DNA of 63,076 nt, the filler included, from Rhabdomonas costata (taxonomy: Eukaryota), in NCBI GenBank assembly GCA_019059605.1. It is 43 parts of 43 records of this genome, joined end to end, with 100 filler letters (N's around TTAATTAATTAA, not from the genome) between each part and the next. Parts side by side here need not be neighbours in the genome. Positions count along the whole stretch, not along the records: positions 11,764 to 13,133 come from JAHMHO010017981.1; positions 13,234 to 14,603 come from JAHMHO010017982.1; positions 14,704 to 16,072 come from JAHMHO010017983.1; positions 16,173 to 17,542 come from JAHMHO010017984.1; positions 17,643 to 19,013 come from JAHMHO010017985.1; positions 19,114 to 20,483 come from JAHMHO010017986.1; positions 20,584 to 21,953 come from JAHMHO010017987.1; positions 22,054 to 23,422 come from JAHMHO010017988.1; 35 more parts are not named here. One strand, given 5' to 3'. Positions 11,664-25,296 of this stretch are shown piece after piece. A program made the position numbers and the translations under genes. The notes beneath the pieces were generated by a model. That model did not search any database, was not told the origin of the DNA, and saw only the letters and a list, made by a program, of their open reading frames with translations. Positions within the stretch are counted from its first letter, which is position 1. Every line of letters begins with the position of its first letter.

Positions 11664-14600
11664 NNNNNNNNNNNNNNNNNNNNNNNNNNNNNNNNNNNNN
11701 NNNNNNNTTAATTAATTAANNNNNNNNNNNNNNNNNNNNNNNNNNNNNNNNNNNNNNNNNNNNGGTGGTGTTGCCATTCCTTTGCAACGCATTGGTTAGA
11801 ACACGATGAACACAATGTCGACAGTTGGGGCGCACCTTTGCACCAGTTCTGGGGTGCACAAATTAGGCTTTTGAAGAGACCTAGTCCGCTTTACGCGGTA
11901 ACGGTAAGCAACGCAGTGTTGCAAAAATCACCGTCTTCAAATAATTTGCAAAAACGACAGTCCGCAGTCGCGGTAGTGTGCGGGCAAAAGTAAACATACA
12001 GCTTCGTCGGCAGCAGGAAGCGCGACTGTGCTGATGGCGCCTGAAACAAACCGAAAGCTAAACACGAAAAGACGAAAACATTTTCACAAAAGGAGAAGGA
12101 AGTTGCGAGAGCTGTGGGCAGAGAAATTTAAGGAAAGGAAGCCAACGCTGACTCAGCGACATGCCAGGGAACGTAAGCAGGTCGTGGTGGACAAACTCAA
12201 AAAGTCAGATTAAAAGTCATAAATCTGATGCGCACCTAAAATCAGCTTCTCCTGTGACTACTCCTGCAAAACCCAAATTTGGGCCACAGGTATAATTCTC
12301 AGTGTTTTTGTTATTCACAGAAGAGCAGAGACCACACCACCCAAAACCACTTTCAAGTCCTCAAGTCTCTCTCTCTGGACAAAAGGAACAAAAAATGAGA
12401 TCATCACATGTTTGCCAAGTTAAAGTGTTTAATGTGGTATGTGGTGTCTTGAAAGCCCCAAAATAATATTCGCGTTCGCAAAAGTCAATGATGCGTGCAA
12501 CATAGAAACCTCAGCCATGAAGCATTTCCAGCGGAATCGCGGATTCTCTGTCGCTTTTTGTGCGAGGGTGACGATTGGCTGATCTTCACGAGTAATCAAC
12601 CGTGCCCAACTGTGATCCAATATAATACAATGTGGTGAAACCGGCTGTTTTCCCACTGGCTGATTGCTGCCCAAAGATAAAGGAGAAAACACAATCAGGA
12701 TGAAGCTCATAAGTGCATCTGGGACATAATATAATAATTCGCAGACCCCCTCCCTTCTTTCCACGTTCTTTGGTTTCTTCCATTTTTCTTCTCAGAGGCT
12801 GCTTCGCACCACGAAAGAACGAACAAAATCCACGAAGTTGGCTCGCGCCTAAACGCAATCGGAAAAAAGGTGCAAAAGACATGTCACCCAATCACAATGG
12901 ATAGGGCGGGAGAATGGCAGCAACCCAGCTATTGTAGCCGGTGTCAAAGCTTTGAGAAAAAGCCAAGACAAAAACCCGCGCCCATAATCTCTACTGCACA
13001 AGATATGTACACACAAACCTTGTTCTTCAAACCTATTGAACAGGAGGGGGGAGAGGGAACAAACGACAGCCAAAAAACCCAAAGAAGAAGCACAGAGAGG
13101 GCAGCATTGCCGACCATTTTTCAACAACCCAACNNNNNNNNNNNNNNNNNNNNNNNNNNNNNNNNNNNNNNNNNNNNTTAATTAATTAANNNNNNNNNNN
13201 NNNNNNNNNNNNNNNNNNNNNNNNNNNNNNNNNGTTTTGGTGTTCTGATATTATCTCACCGTTTTTTCTGTGTTTCCAACGGCTCCCCCTCGCAGACATT
13301 TCCTCAAAGGGAAGGGCGAACCTTTGGGTGGCAGATCGAGCCATCGCGAGACAGACCCTGTCATTGTCCACACGAGCAGGCCCCACCCCTCCGGGGAAGT
13401 CGACTTGCAGAGCCCCACAGCGGCAGTGGAATTGACCAGAGCCACGGCCACAAAGGTGTTGACTGGGGGGTCAGCAACCTTCAGTAACAGGCAGTGCCCT
13501 GAGGGTACACATGTACACATGTACACGGGGATAGTCACGCTTAAGATCAGAAACGGCACAAAAGGTCGAACATCATTGGCGCAGCAGCGGACCCGCAACC
13601 ATGAAGCAAGCCAATTCAGCCCATCAGTGGCGAACATGAGAACGATACGCCCGGGAAGGCAGGCAAACCGCACCCGATAAGAAATAAAATGTCATTTCGC
13701 ACTTCAATTCGTATCAACGTGCGGGAGGTTGCAACGTTCGCGGACGACGCATCCCCAGCTGCGCAACGGACTTTCACACAACCCGTGCAACAATGCCACC
13801 TCCTCATGTCGATTAGGTGTCCATCGCGTCTTGTAACTGAAAGTTCAGAGTGAGATATGCGCACGACACACGGGTGGCTGAAAAGCGCTCATAACGCAGG
13901 CGCAATGTATTAAAGGTCTTCGCAGCATCGCCCAGGGACTGAGAGACAGAGACGTCACTTTGCTGCAAACGGTTTCAATGCACGGCAACCCTCCCCCTTC
14001 TCACCGAAGTTGGAGCCTACCATCGGTGCTAAAGACGGCCATGACAGACCCGTTCTGCACCACAGCGGCCACCCAAGATGCTGGGTGAGGGCTCACGAAG
14101 AGCCCTCCCTCCCTCCACGCTGCACTGTCAACTGCCAGGAAGCCGCACCCCGGCAATCGGAGCCCCAGCCCGGAGTCGGGCAGGGCCGGGGCCACAGCGG
14201 CGCCCTGAAACATACGGCCAAAATCCAGTTCACACAGGTTTAACTGTGCCAGCAAAGATCTTTGTCGAGGACGCCCATACCCATGAAGAAAACACGTCGT
14301 GGATTAAGTTACAGTCGTGGAAACAGTGAGTGAAGCAAGCACATTGAAACAAAGAGAATACCAATGTAAAATCTCCTTGGATGCCAACGGGGTAGCGAAA
14401 GCTCCTGACTGCCTTTATGCAACGAAAAACGTTTCCACTTCCGCGCGGGTATCCTCTCAATCATCTCAAAACCGACGAGAATTCTCTGAGGGGACCAGGT
14501 GGAAAAGGAACACGGTTCAATTAACGCGGGGGTTCTAACCGACAACGGCATTTCCGTCCCAAACGGGAAAACGAGACGAGATTTTCTTCTTTCCCCAACA

Positions 14601-15510
14601 CCCNNNNNNNNNNNNNNNNNNNNNNNNNNNNNNNNNNNNNNNNNNNNTTAATTAATTAANNNNNNNNNNNNNNNNNNNNNNNNNNNNNNNNNNNNNNNNN
14701 NNNCAGTACATTTCGTGAAGCTCACATTAGCTCGTTTCCCTCTGCTGGAAGATCTTAGTGGCTGGCCATGTGTGCTTGCTGCTCTGTGAGTGTCCGTGTG
14801 CGTGCATCCGTGTCCTGTCGAAGGGTGGAGAGAAGAGAGATGGGCAGGTCGGAACGCCTTGTGTTTATTCCTGCCTTACATCGCCGCAGCTGCGGTCGGG
14901 GGAGGAGTGACCTGCGTGTCTGTTGCTGACGTCTTTTTTCTGCTGTGTCTGCGCTATTCAGCGCACTGTGTGGAGACCCGGGTGGATGAGGTAACTCCGC
15001 GTGGCCCCCTTTTGTGATATGGGATGTTGGATATGTCAATATTGATTGCGTGGTCATACATGACACCTGCACCCGGCTCTGAAATGACTCCTTCATAAAT
15101 TCGGGACTTGAGGAAGAATGGCTGGCCAGCAATGAAACGGTGAATATCCTTTTCCAGTTGGGTTGGGTTTGTATTTGATGAGTTTATTATTGATTGATTT
15201 CGCTTGCTCATGCGTATGATCGCTAACGAGGGAAAGCCGTTGCCATGGCAAAAAAAACGTTGGACCACTTCAATTGTGTGGGTTGCCAATTCGCCTCTTT
15301 TCTTTATTGCACCACCGGTCGCCGATGCGCTGTCTTAGATTCCGTCAGACGTTGGAAACCGCAAAAGATGAGTCCAGTACCCGGAAGCGAAATTGAGATG
15401 GCATACCCCCTCACATTGTTTCCTCCCAGCTGGATTCTCCAAACTGCCGCTGCGTCTGTTTGGCTTTTCTCACGGGATATGACCTGCTCCTGGATGACTG
15501 GAGCTGCAAA

Positions 15511-15860
15511 ATGGGTGCCATTTCTGCGCCGCTCGGGTTGGTCCTTGTTCTGCTCGCACTGTGCATTGCCGGTCCAGGCCTCCTTTGGCAAAGCGGTACC
15601 GCACCCGCCCAACAGAAGCCCACTTCAAGCTCCATTCCAGGCCTGGCCGAGCCGCGGCCTCGCCCCATTGCTGCGAATAGCACTGGAGGACCCTTAGCTG
15701 AGGCCACTTCCATAAGCCAGGAAGGTTTGGGCGCGGAACCGCTTGGGCGGAGTCTTCTGAGACCGGTTTGCCAGCTGCTGTTGCGAGACCCTGTACAGCA
15801 CAGGTTTTTCTCGCAGACTGAGCAGGACTGGTACTTGTTCAATGATGCCTTTAAGGACAG
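15511..15860 (+). CDS. Signal-anchored protein, probable FkbM/Methyltransf_21-family methyltransferase, first exon
   Basis: Hydrophobic N-terminus (LGLVLVLLALCIAG), a low-complexity stem, then FFSQTEQDWYLF resembling the FkbM N-terminal 'YSQxxQD' motif. Donor AG|GTGTCC. Confidence 0.55.
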
Positions 15861-17009
15861 GTGTCCAGCCACCTCTTGCATTTGCTTCTATCTCTTCAAA
15901 GGGTACCCATGCTATCCTTGTGAAGTATTAGGATCGAATGAGTACTCTTTGTATGTGACATGGACCGCAACTCATAGTTTGACCTCTGACAGTATCTTCC
16001 GCAACCCGTCTTAATAACGTCAGACATTCGTGTGTGCGGTTTCTGCTTTTGTGCTGCGTGCATTTTTCCGATNNNNNNNNNNNNNNNNNNNNNNNNNNNN
16101 NNNNNNNNNNNNNNNNTTAATTAATTAANNNNNNNNNNNNNNNNNNNNNNNNNNNNNNNNNNNNNNNNNNNNGGGGGTGGGTCGAGTGTGCGGAAGGCTT
16201 GGTTAGTGTGGTGTTGAGTTTCCAATGTCAATAAATCCGCTGGCTTCTCTAAAGGCCTCCAGAGGGGGAGGCCTTTAGAGAACCCGTTGGAGGCCTCACT
16301 TTCGACCTTAGCTGGCGCGCCCCGCGCGCCGTGTGTTTGACGAAAAGGGTTGGGTGCACTTGCACCCGATCAATCTTTTTGCATGAGTAACTCCTCTGGA
16401 GCAAATGTTTCTGTGGTGCTGTGCTGGTGCTTATTCTTCGGTAAAAGGTGTTAAACGGTGCTTGTCTGGGCTTGGTGGTCGGTTTTATTCTGCAGGTGCT
16501 TCACTTGGTGCTTGCTCTTCGTGGCGGCCTGTGAGTCCCACTTCCTCTCAACTGTGTACCACGCACCCTTGCTGCTTGCTGTGTGGAGTGCCCTGCCAAA
16601 AAGAAGCGACTTGTGCTTTGCCGTTTCCCCACCCTGCTCTGCATCGCGACCTTTTTATGTGTGCATAAGACTTTGACCCGATGACCCCCACGTTCCCGTT
16701 GTTTAGACCGGACCGGTCTTTCACGACACCAAAATCCCAGAAGTTTGGAGCAGTTTGGAAGACGAGGCACAGTGACGCACAGACTCCACCAGAACCTATC
16801 CCCAATTTGAGGGTCACAAAGTAAGGTGGGCGTCGTAGCCAAACAAAATTTGTCATATGCACTGCACTGTGCCGGACAAATTATAATTGAGGGAAAACAC
16901 GGCTCCCGCTAAAAGGCGCCTTCCGTCATTCCGTCGTGTTGGAAGGTTCTGCAGGACAAAAACCCAGCAAAGAAAAAACGAATAGTGGGTGACCTCAAAG
17001 GACGCCGAA

Positions 17010-17051
17010 TGCTTTAATTGCCGACGGGGGGGGAAATTCGCGAGCAATTGC
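17010..17051 (+). pseudogene. Degenerate zinc knuckle, possible retroelement gag remnant
   Basis: CFNCRRGGKFASNC has Cx2Cx4Hx4C spacing with H replaced by K. A stop lies immediately upstream and P/Q/R-rich sequence lies downstream. Confidence 0.45.
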
Positions 17052-18453
17052 CCCATAAAACGACAGCTGGATGTAGCAGCACCGACGAAGCCGACACAGG
17101 AGGGGCAGCAGGCGTCAACCGCACCGCACCGGGGGCGGCAGCCCCGTGATGGTGGCTTCCAGCCGCTGCCACCCAACACCCCCACACACAGACACCAGCA
17201 CTACACAGACCGCGTCAATCAGTTAACCAGTCTTTCTGGTTCTCTCGTTCATTTCCGCAGACTTTCGCAGACAAAAACCTGTCACACGCGCCATTTCAGC
17301 GCGCCAAAACGGCGGAAGGAACGGGAAAGAACGGTTGGGCACACGGGACTTGCAAACTCCCCAGGTGTTTGATCACAACCCCCCCACCGAGATCCAATGG
17401 CGGGCCGCTGATGCCGGGCCTGAGCAATTGCGGCCAGCGAACGTACCCCGGTCCCAGCAGTGGTTCCAACCCCCGCGGCAGGAAGAGGATATGGTCTCCA
17501 CCCACCACAACCCCCACCACAAGGACACACTTCGAGGTGGCANNNNNNNNNNNNNNNNNNNNNNNNNNNNNNNNNNNNNNNNNNNNTTAATTAATTAANN
17601 NNNNNNNNNNNNNNNNNNNNNNNNNNNNNNNNNNNNNNNNNNCGAGGGGCCGTTTTTGCGCCCTTCTCATGCATTTTCACATTGTCCCCGTTTCCAAATG
17701 TCTGAGGGATTGAGTTTTCTGCTTTGTGCTTAGTCAAATAATAGTGCTTTGCATCAGTGATGACCGAACTCGAGAGTGATGCACATTGGCAGTGGAACAG
17801 GCGGGGACGGTCCTATGTTGCAGCAGGCACAGGCGCCATTGAAGGGCTACGTTCTCCACTTGTGGCATCACTTAACAAGGAATTTGTCAGCTGGAACACC
17901 GGCACCTGGTTTCTGTGCGAGTGTGTCTGTTTGTTTGCAGGGTGCCGACCCCGCAGGTGGACCCCTTGCCCATCATTCCCGGGGATGTGGGGGGAAGCGC
18001 TGCAACTTGTGCCGAGCTCCAAACCGGTCGTGCTCCTCCCAACACCTGCCCGCTCACCCCCAGATATACACAACGTCTAAATCAGGAATCAGTGTTCTCA
18101 AGAAGTTGTTTTGACACACAACCTCACTGTTTTCGCGCATCACGGGATGTGGGATGCTGTGCACTCAACAGAACAGGACAAAAAACAACAGCGCACTGCG
18201 ATCACACGCGCACACCACCTCTTCACTGGTCGAAAGGCATCCACACCCACGACCACATTTTGGAAATTGCATGGATGTGCATGGATGTGGAATGTTCTGG
18301 ACCCGGCACCAGGCGTACTTGCACTAGAAGGCTCATGGTGGAGCGGGAATTGTCTCATGTGAAGTGTGCGTGTGTGCGTGAATGAGCGGTTGGTTGTCAG
18401 TCGTCGACTTGCCTTCTTTGGTTGAAGAGCTTCGCGCAGCAGCAGCAACATCA

Positions 18454-18455
<2 letters not shown>

Positions 18456-18488
<33 letters not shown>
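18456..18488. repeat. (AG)n microsatellite
   Basis: Directly visible. Confidence 0.95.
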
Positions 18489-18489
<1 letters not shown>

Positions 18490-18737
18490 GAGCTGCTGAC
18501 TGTTCTTTCATGCTGACTATGTCCCCGAGCATCGAGCTTCAGTTAAACCCCATCAAAACTCACTCAGTCGCTCACTCAATCGCTCACTTGCAGTAGCTGA
18601 CTTGGGCGGTTTCTAGAACTGCAGTCGGTTTCATATCGTCGGTATGATCGGTGCCAGTGTGTACGCCAGACCCTTGGAGTGATGAGAAGCGGGAGCACAC
18701 CTTTCACCCCCCGAAGTCTGTATGTGTGTGGGCACAG

Positions 18738-18835
18738 CGTACGCTCGGCAGGAGGCAGCCCTGCAGCGTCTGCAGGCCTCCGCCGATGAGCTGCACCGGC
18801 AGATTCGCGCTCTGCGGGAAGGAGGGGAAGCTCAC
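18738..18835 (+). CDS. Putative coiled-coil exon
   Basis: GC-rich segment between a cag acceptor and a GTTCCC donor, encoding YARQEAALQRLQASADELHRQIRALREGGEAH. Confidence 0.4.
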
Positions 18836-19254
18836 GTTCCCCCCTCTGTTTCTGCGGTGGTTGCTTTTGTGTCTCACTTAAGCGCGCACGCGAGGGTAGA
18901 ACAACCCGGCAAAGGGCAACCTTGCGCACAGCAGACATGCGCTTTCTTTTTCGCGCCAAATGCAAGAATTGCAAGAAATGCAAGAAACAGCTCACCCCAT
19001 TTTCCCAAACCCANNNNNNNNNNNNNNNNNNNNNNNNNNNNNNNNNNNNNNNNNNNNTTAATTAATTAANNNNNNNNNNNNNNNNNNNNNNNNNNNNNNN
19101 NNNNNNNNNNNNNTTGTGTTGGGTAGCAATGGTTAATAACTGCCGATCTGTTTTTAAATTGGATGGCACGGGAAAAAGAGAAATGGGGGGAAAACTCTAG
19201 CCACAGCTCCGCCGAATTTTTTCGTTGCTGTCGATATATCGCCTTCTTTTGCAG

Positions 19255-20483
19255 ATCCCCATCACACTGTGTGGGCCCGAACGCTGCAGCGGCACATTCC
19301 GCGGTGCCCGGCAAGGCCCTTCCGGCCACACGGCAAACCCTATTACTACCCTGGTGGGTGTCATTGTGCTTGGTTTGTTTGGGTTATTACCAGAGTATTA
19401 CCAGAGAAGTTCAACAGCGCCTAGTCTTTTTTGTCGCTTAAACGGCCGAGGACGGTTTTCTTTCTTTTACGTTTGCATCTTGGAGGCAGGGCACACATCA
19501 GTCCCTTCCTGATGTCTCAAGCTCTACTCGTCTATGTGCTGGGGCCTGGCTTAGTTTAGAAGTGCTGTGAAAATCGGTGGAGTAAGACGAAATACCCCTC
19601 CCGTTGTGGCTAGCGTAAGTGGCAGAACCAGCCTAAAGTAAAGCGGCCTGAAACCTGCAGGTTTTCTATTGGGAGTCAAAAAAATGTCCCTCAGTCGAAC
19701 CCTGGGAATTTCATGAGTGGGCTTTCCCGGGTAGGAGTCAACATTGATCCAACGCTTGGCGCCACTGGAGCGACTCCGGATCGGCTGAAGACTATCTCCG
19801 AGGATGAGTTTCGCCGCGTTGTGGGCGCAGTGGAGCGAATCTATGCGGATCACCAGCTTGATCAGATCCCGACAGAAGAGCTGAGGCCGGTGTGCATTCC
19901 TATCTTCTCGTGGACTGGTTTGCGCGGTTCCTTTTGTGGTCGTTTGCCCTGGAACCCGGGTCGCATGAGCAAGAGAATGAATAAGAAAATTCAGACCGAT
20001 CCTTTTTTGTCGTGCGTATTTCAATTCAGCACTCTTTTTGTGATCGCGGTTTTGATTGCGGTACCATACAATCAATGTTTAGAGGTCTGTTCGATCAGGC
20101 AGGCAAGAAGGCAGCGAACATGGGGTGGGGTGGGGAGGCTGAGTTTTAGAGAAAAGAATGAGGAAGAAAAATAAACCCAAACAAGAAGAAAAGAAAAAAC
20201 AAAAACCAAGCGGGTGGGATGAGAGCGAAATGCAGTGGTTACGTAATTACATGAAGTGCGGGGTGGGGGAAAATCAGGAGTGGGGGCAGCAGTTTTTCCT
20301 CCCCGACGAGACGGCGAAGCACAAGCACGTCCGGCAGCACGTCAGCCTTCTGGCCCACATTGCCCAGCTTGGGTTTCTGGTGGGTTCCTCCTCTCCGCCT
20401 TCCCAGGCCTCAGCCAGTGGCACCGCTTATGTTGAGCTGGGCGCGGGCAAGGGCTCGCTCTCGTTTTATCTCCGTGCCCTTCT
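19255..20483 (+). CDS. TRM13: tRNA:m4X 2'-O-methyltransferase TRM13; exons 19255-19353, 19735-19889, 20278-20483 (partial)
   Basis: The spliced frame gives DPHHTVWARTLQRHIPRCP (CHHC finger end), PYYYPGVN, KHVRQHVSLL and YVELGAGKGSLS, the characteristic TRM13 motif series. Intron phases are compatible. Confidence 0.88.
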
Positions 20484-20748
20484 NNNNNNNNNNNNNNNNN
20501 NNNNNNNNNNNNNNNNNNNNNNNNNNNTTAATTAATTAANNNNNNNNNNNNNNNNNNNNNNNNNNNNNNNNNNNNNNNNNNNNTTTGTGGTGTAAGTGGT
20601 TGAGTGCCTACTCTTCCATTTTTGTTCCGTGATTCCCTAAAATTTGCCATTTCCTAATGAACGGTGACCAGTTGTTCTGCACACTGCAGTGTGAAATTTG
20701 CATATGGCTCTTTCTCTGCAAAAAAGTCGCTCTTGGCATCTCTTTCAG

Positions 20749-21384
20749 GTGTGGTTGAAGGAGCGGTACAGTACTCGCTGCAGCTTCATCGCGACGCGGA
20801 CCACGTTATGGAAACCGAGACGGATCTCCGGAACCCATCTGAAGTGCCCGTCTTGGAGGTCTGCATTTTTGTGTGTTTCCCGGATTCCATCCAGGCGCAC
20901 CTTTTTCCCTTTCTCCCACTTCGATACGTCGGCTCATTGAATCATTTCCTTTCCCCTCTCTCTCACCTCCCTTTTGCTTTTTTTCTATTTTGCTGTATGC
21001 CTGAAGTTGGACACTGAAGTTCTTTGAAATTCTTAGCATTTTGGCTTCCTTGAAAGATGGATTGACCTCATTCTGCTCAGATGCTTGCCCGAGAGACTCA
21101 ATAAGCTTCGCCGGCGATGCTTGCAGAATGAACCATTGTTCTGTACCTTGGGATTCAAAAACGCATCGAGGATCTCCTTTTTTGTCAAGGGTGTCACGGC
21201 GGAGCGTGCCTCCGCACTGTGCGAGCTGGCGCAGGGCGGTGAAGTGGTCACGACTCATGTCGTGTGCGCGGAGGCGGGGCTGCCGGACGAGGAGGCCTCC
21301 TTCCGGCCTCTGGTGGGGTCCGACGAGGCATGTGGCTATGTGGCTGGCACGGCCTACCTCCCACCCCGGGAGTGTATTAAACCT
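20749..21384 (+). CDS. Degenerate class III nucleotide cyclase-like domain; exons 20749-20858 and 21190-21384
   Basis: Spliced GVVEGAV...VLE|GVTAERASALCELAQGGEVVTT resembles the cyclase GxHxG...GxTVNxAxRxxxxAxxGxI signature. The GT-AG junctions are in phase. Confidence 0.5.
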
Positions 21385-21630
21385 GTACGTTGAAACTACA
21401 CGCCCCAGCAAAACCCGCAGATACTCTGAGTACCAGGAGGGAATCTACACGTCAACGTTTCCCCCCTCCCCCTTTTTTTCCAGCATCTGAGCAGTTGTCC
21501 TTGGGGTTGTCAAGGTCAAGCTCATATTTATATAGAAATAAAGCACGTTACATCCCGAAACTCAGAATTTCGTGTGTTGCGAGTTTCCAATTGGAGTCCT
21601 GTGAACGCTAAAGAATGCCGGTAGGCTGTT

Positions 21631-21948
21631 TTGTGTGCAGACGTTACGTTTTAAGCGTTTTCCTTTTACTGAGGCTGAAAAAAAGCACGTGCTCTGAGTT
21701 TACCGTATAACTTGTTATGGACCCATAGACCATAGGATAGAGCTTGTTTAATGTGCCGTGATGCGCTGCAAATGCAATGAGATGCGATAGAGCGAACAAC
21801 CAACTTCAAACCATTTTAAGCCATTTTCACGGTTAGGATGGAGTGGTTTTGTTCTGATGTAATGGGATGAGATGGGAGACTGTGGGATGCTGTGGATTTT
21901 TCAGCCTCAGTAAAAGGAAAACGCTTAAAACGTAACGTCTGCACACAA
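21631..21948. repeat. 52-bp perfect inverted repeat ending at the contig terminus
   Basis: 21631-21682 is the reverse complement of 21897-21948, followed directly by a C/A-only tail. Confidence 0.9.
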
Positions 21949-24900
21949 CCACCNNNNNNNNNNNNNNNNNNNNNNNNNNNNNNNNNNNNNNNNNNNNTTA
22001 ATTAATTAANNNNNNNNNNNNNNNNNNNNNNNNNNNNNNNNNNNNNNNNNNNNCCGAAGCTTTTTCAACACGGACGGATGCCAGCACTGGACAGGGGGAA
22101 ACCAAGCAGTCGGCTCAGCTGTGGTCACATCTGGCGGGGACGGTTCTTGCGCAGCAACGCAGCGGCAACCAGCCCATGTCATCGAGGAGCCCAGCACATG
22201 CTTCACTACCGCTGGCATCCTCGGAGGTGCGAAACACGTTGAACACGGGCAATAACCAGCGGATGCAGCAGCCCTACACATGGGCAGGCGTTGCATCTCT
22301 GTCACTGCCAAGAGAGTAATGGCGTTACCGATACCGCTCTGTACAGCTCGGAGCCCTCTGCATACCGCCTCCCTGACACAGGGATCAAGGTCTATTTTTG
22401 GCTCTTGTTAATCCGAGAAGATGGAGATGATCTCTGTGCTCTGTGGGATTTTCGGCACCAAAGCCTCACCAAATTCCAGCGCTCCCGCAGCCTTGCGAAA
22501 GAAGCGCGCGGGCGCTTCAGCCAAGGACACCACAGGCTTTCGTGCTCTGGCAACCCTCTTCCTTTGCGCCAGACAGAGTGAAGGCTGAAGTGGTGTCGTT
22601 GAACTCCTTTCAGCACAGGTTACGAGTTCGTTTCTACTGCAGTTTCTACCATCATAGCCTCCTCTCCATCTATAGCTGCCTGAAACTCCGTCAACTCCGC
22701 CCAGAGCTATCGACAATATGCATCGCCCGAAAACCGCAATAGAACGAGTCGTTGGGTTTACGCGTTTCGTTATTGGTGAACTGGCTTACCTTAACAAATC
22801 GTCAAAAATCTCCTCCATGGACAGTTTCTTGTCGGTTGACGGTTGATTGATGCATCACATTTAACTATTAACCTTAAAAAAATAGTTGCGAAACACAATG
22901 CAATGCGTTGCCGTAATACGGCTGTTTTTTTTGGAAAGTAAAAAAGTGTTCAATTGATCATGATCTAGCTAATTTTCTCGGCTTTTTATGAATTGGACAA
23001 CAAAACATGTTACGGCAGCAGCGCAGAGAGTGTTGAGGGTCCGAAAAAAGCCAATGACGTACGTTGTCTTTTCTATTGAGAAATTATCGCAGGATTGCAA
23101 TGGGAGTATAGTATCAGGCATGGAGTGTAATCAGGCAGACACTACAGGGAAATGAAAGCACACGTAATGGCAGTACACATTGGCACCAATAGACATGAGG
23201 AAACAAGGATGAGAAGGGAGGTGGGAGCACGCCAGAGCTAGGAATCACACAGAGGCAAAGAACGTCAGCGGAGGTCACACGGCAGCAAGCCCACACATCA
23301 AGATCGCAGCTTCAACAGGAACCACACACGAGAAGAGACAGGAACCACGAGTCAGAAGGAGCACAAAGACACACAGTAGAGGCAAGGTCACGGATGCATC
23401 AAGGTCAACAGCATCCACACCCNNNNNNNNNNNNNNNNNNNNNNNNNNNNNNNNNNNNNNNNNNNNTTAATTAATTAANNNNNNNNNNNNNNNNNNNNNN
23501 NNNNNNNNNNNNNNNNNNNNNNTGTTTGTGTGGACCTTACCTGGGCAAGGGACCTCCATACCCTACCGATACTACTTGTTGCGAGCAGCGTTTTGGTTAC
23601 TTGGAGAGGTCCTGCTAATTTAAAGTGTGACAGGCTGCGCCAGCCTTTTGGACGGTATTTACTAGGCGTTTCATTCGAGCGGTAGGTCACGATTTGTAGC
23701 TAGTTTTTTCAGGCGCACGCGAAAAAGAGAGCACAACGCAATAGGATCAGGATCCCTAACGGAACGGATTGACGGCGGGTTGAAATACGATCGTTTTTGT
23801 TCCCTTGCGTTGGCCGCAACAAAGTACGGAATTCTGTCTCCTTCAAAGTCGTCGTCGTTGGCACGTATAGGCCCACAAACCGGTACCAAAGCCTTTGCTT
23901 AACCGATGCGTTGCCGATGACGGCTTTGAAAACCACCATGCGCAGCAGAAAGCCGCGGGGCCCATGCACGAACCCATGTACCTATGAGCGCTCTTGTCCC
24001 TTCCGCGCTGGACCGGGTATGTTCCATCCTTCGCCCGGCAACCATCTATATCAAGCATATAGGATTTGAACAACAAAAAGATCAACATCCAAACAATGAA
24101 ATTTACGGCAACACGGGGGCTGATGGAACATAAACAAGTTTAATTTTGGTACCGGCATAGGGTAGGTCCTGTGTGTCTTGCTTGTGTTCGAATTACCGCG
24201 CGTACATTTGATTGAGTGGGTTTATGGTGGGTGTTTTTTTGTTCCTTTTGTTGTTATATTCTGCAATGCTGGGGCTTGAATTTTGTGGTTCGGTTTCTGT
24301 GTGTCTGAAGTTGATGTTGGCAGTAAAATACTGCAAATACGCATCTGCATGCCCTTGGATGGCCCAACGGAATTTGTTACTCGTGGAGACAAATTCCAGT
24401 TATTGTCATAGCAAGGACTCTCGACCACAATTCGATTACAATAGACTTACAGTTGGTGTTTTGTTTTGTTCTGGACCAGTGGCTTTGGTAGAACGTGTGC
24501 AACACGCATATTCTCAGTAGTTATTTATTAACCCTTACTAGGTTAAAGCTACAACCAACCACCAAAGGTTTTTACTTGCCCACTAATCTCGATTCTGATT
24601 GATTCAAACACCCACATCAGAGTAGTGTTCAATTAGTTTCGCCGCACATACTAACTTTCACGTGAGCATCTTAACCACAATTATTCCTAATAGACATGTT
24701 TCTTTTTATTTTGGCGAACAAGACTCTACATCGCACGACTATGGGTCGGTTTGAAAGACCAGCACCACCATCGGCACGATGGCCCGGTTACACTGATACC
24801 ATTAGCAACAACACTCTAATGCAGGGATCCTGCTGTACGAATTTTACCAGCATCTCCACAGCGTAAACGTCCTTGCACTTCTTTTATCCAANNNNNNNNN

Positions 24901-25296
24901 NNNNNNNNNNNNNNNNNNNNNNNNNNNNNNNNNNNTTAATTAATTAANNNNNNNNNNNNNNNNNNNNNNNNNNNNNNNNNNNNNNNNNNNNGGGTGTGTG
25001 GGGAAGAAGACGTCTTAAGACCATCATAGATGCACATACTACTACGCATGCGCCACTTCGTGACTGCATGCTACGTGATAGAACCCGATACGATGATGAT
25101 ACATACCCCACTCATATGCATTCGTGGGCCTTGTCACGCAACTAAATATTTCCAGCGGCTACCCGTGCAGCTCCATTGCTGAGTGATCTAGTTACTGAGG
25201 GCTGGCTGTACCATTCCTTTGCAATTTTCTTTCGGATGTGTGACGTTGTGCTGCTTTGTCATCATGGCCGAATGTGACGCGAAAGGCAATGCACAC

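Noticed and set aside
13300..14204. Two minus-strand exon-like segments as one gene
   Set aside because: The splice phases did not match and no domain was recognised.
7940..20277. Euglenid non-conventional (stem-forming, non-GT-AG) introns in dynein and TRM13
   Set aside because: The junctions are GT-AG, and by-eye pairing of the intron ends was weak.
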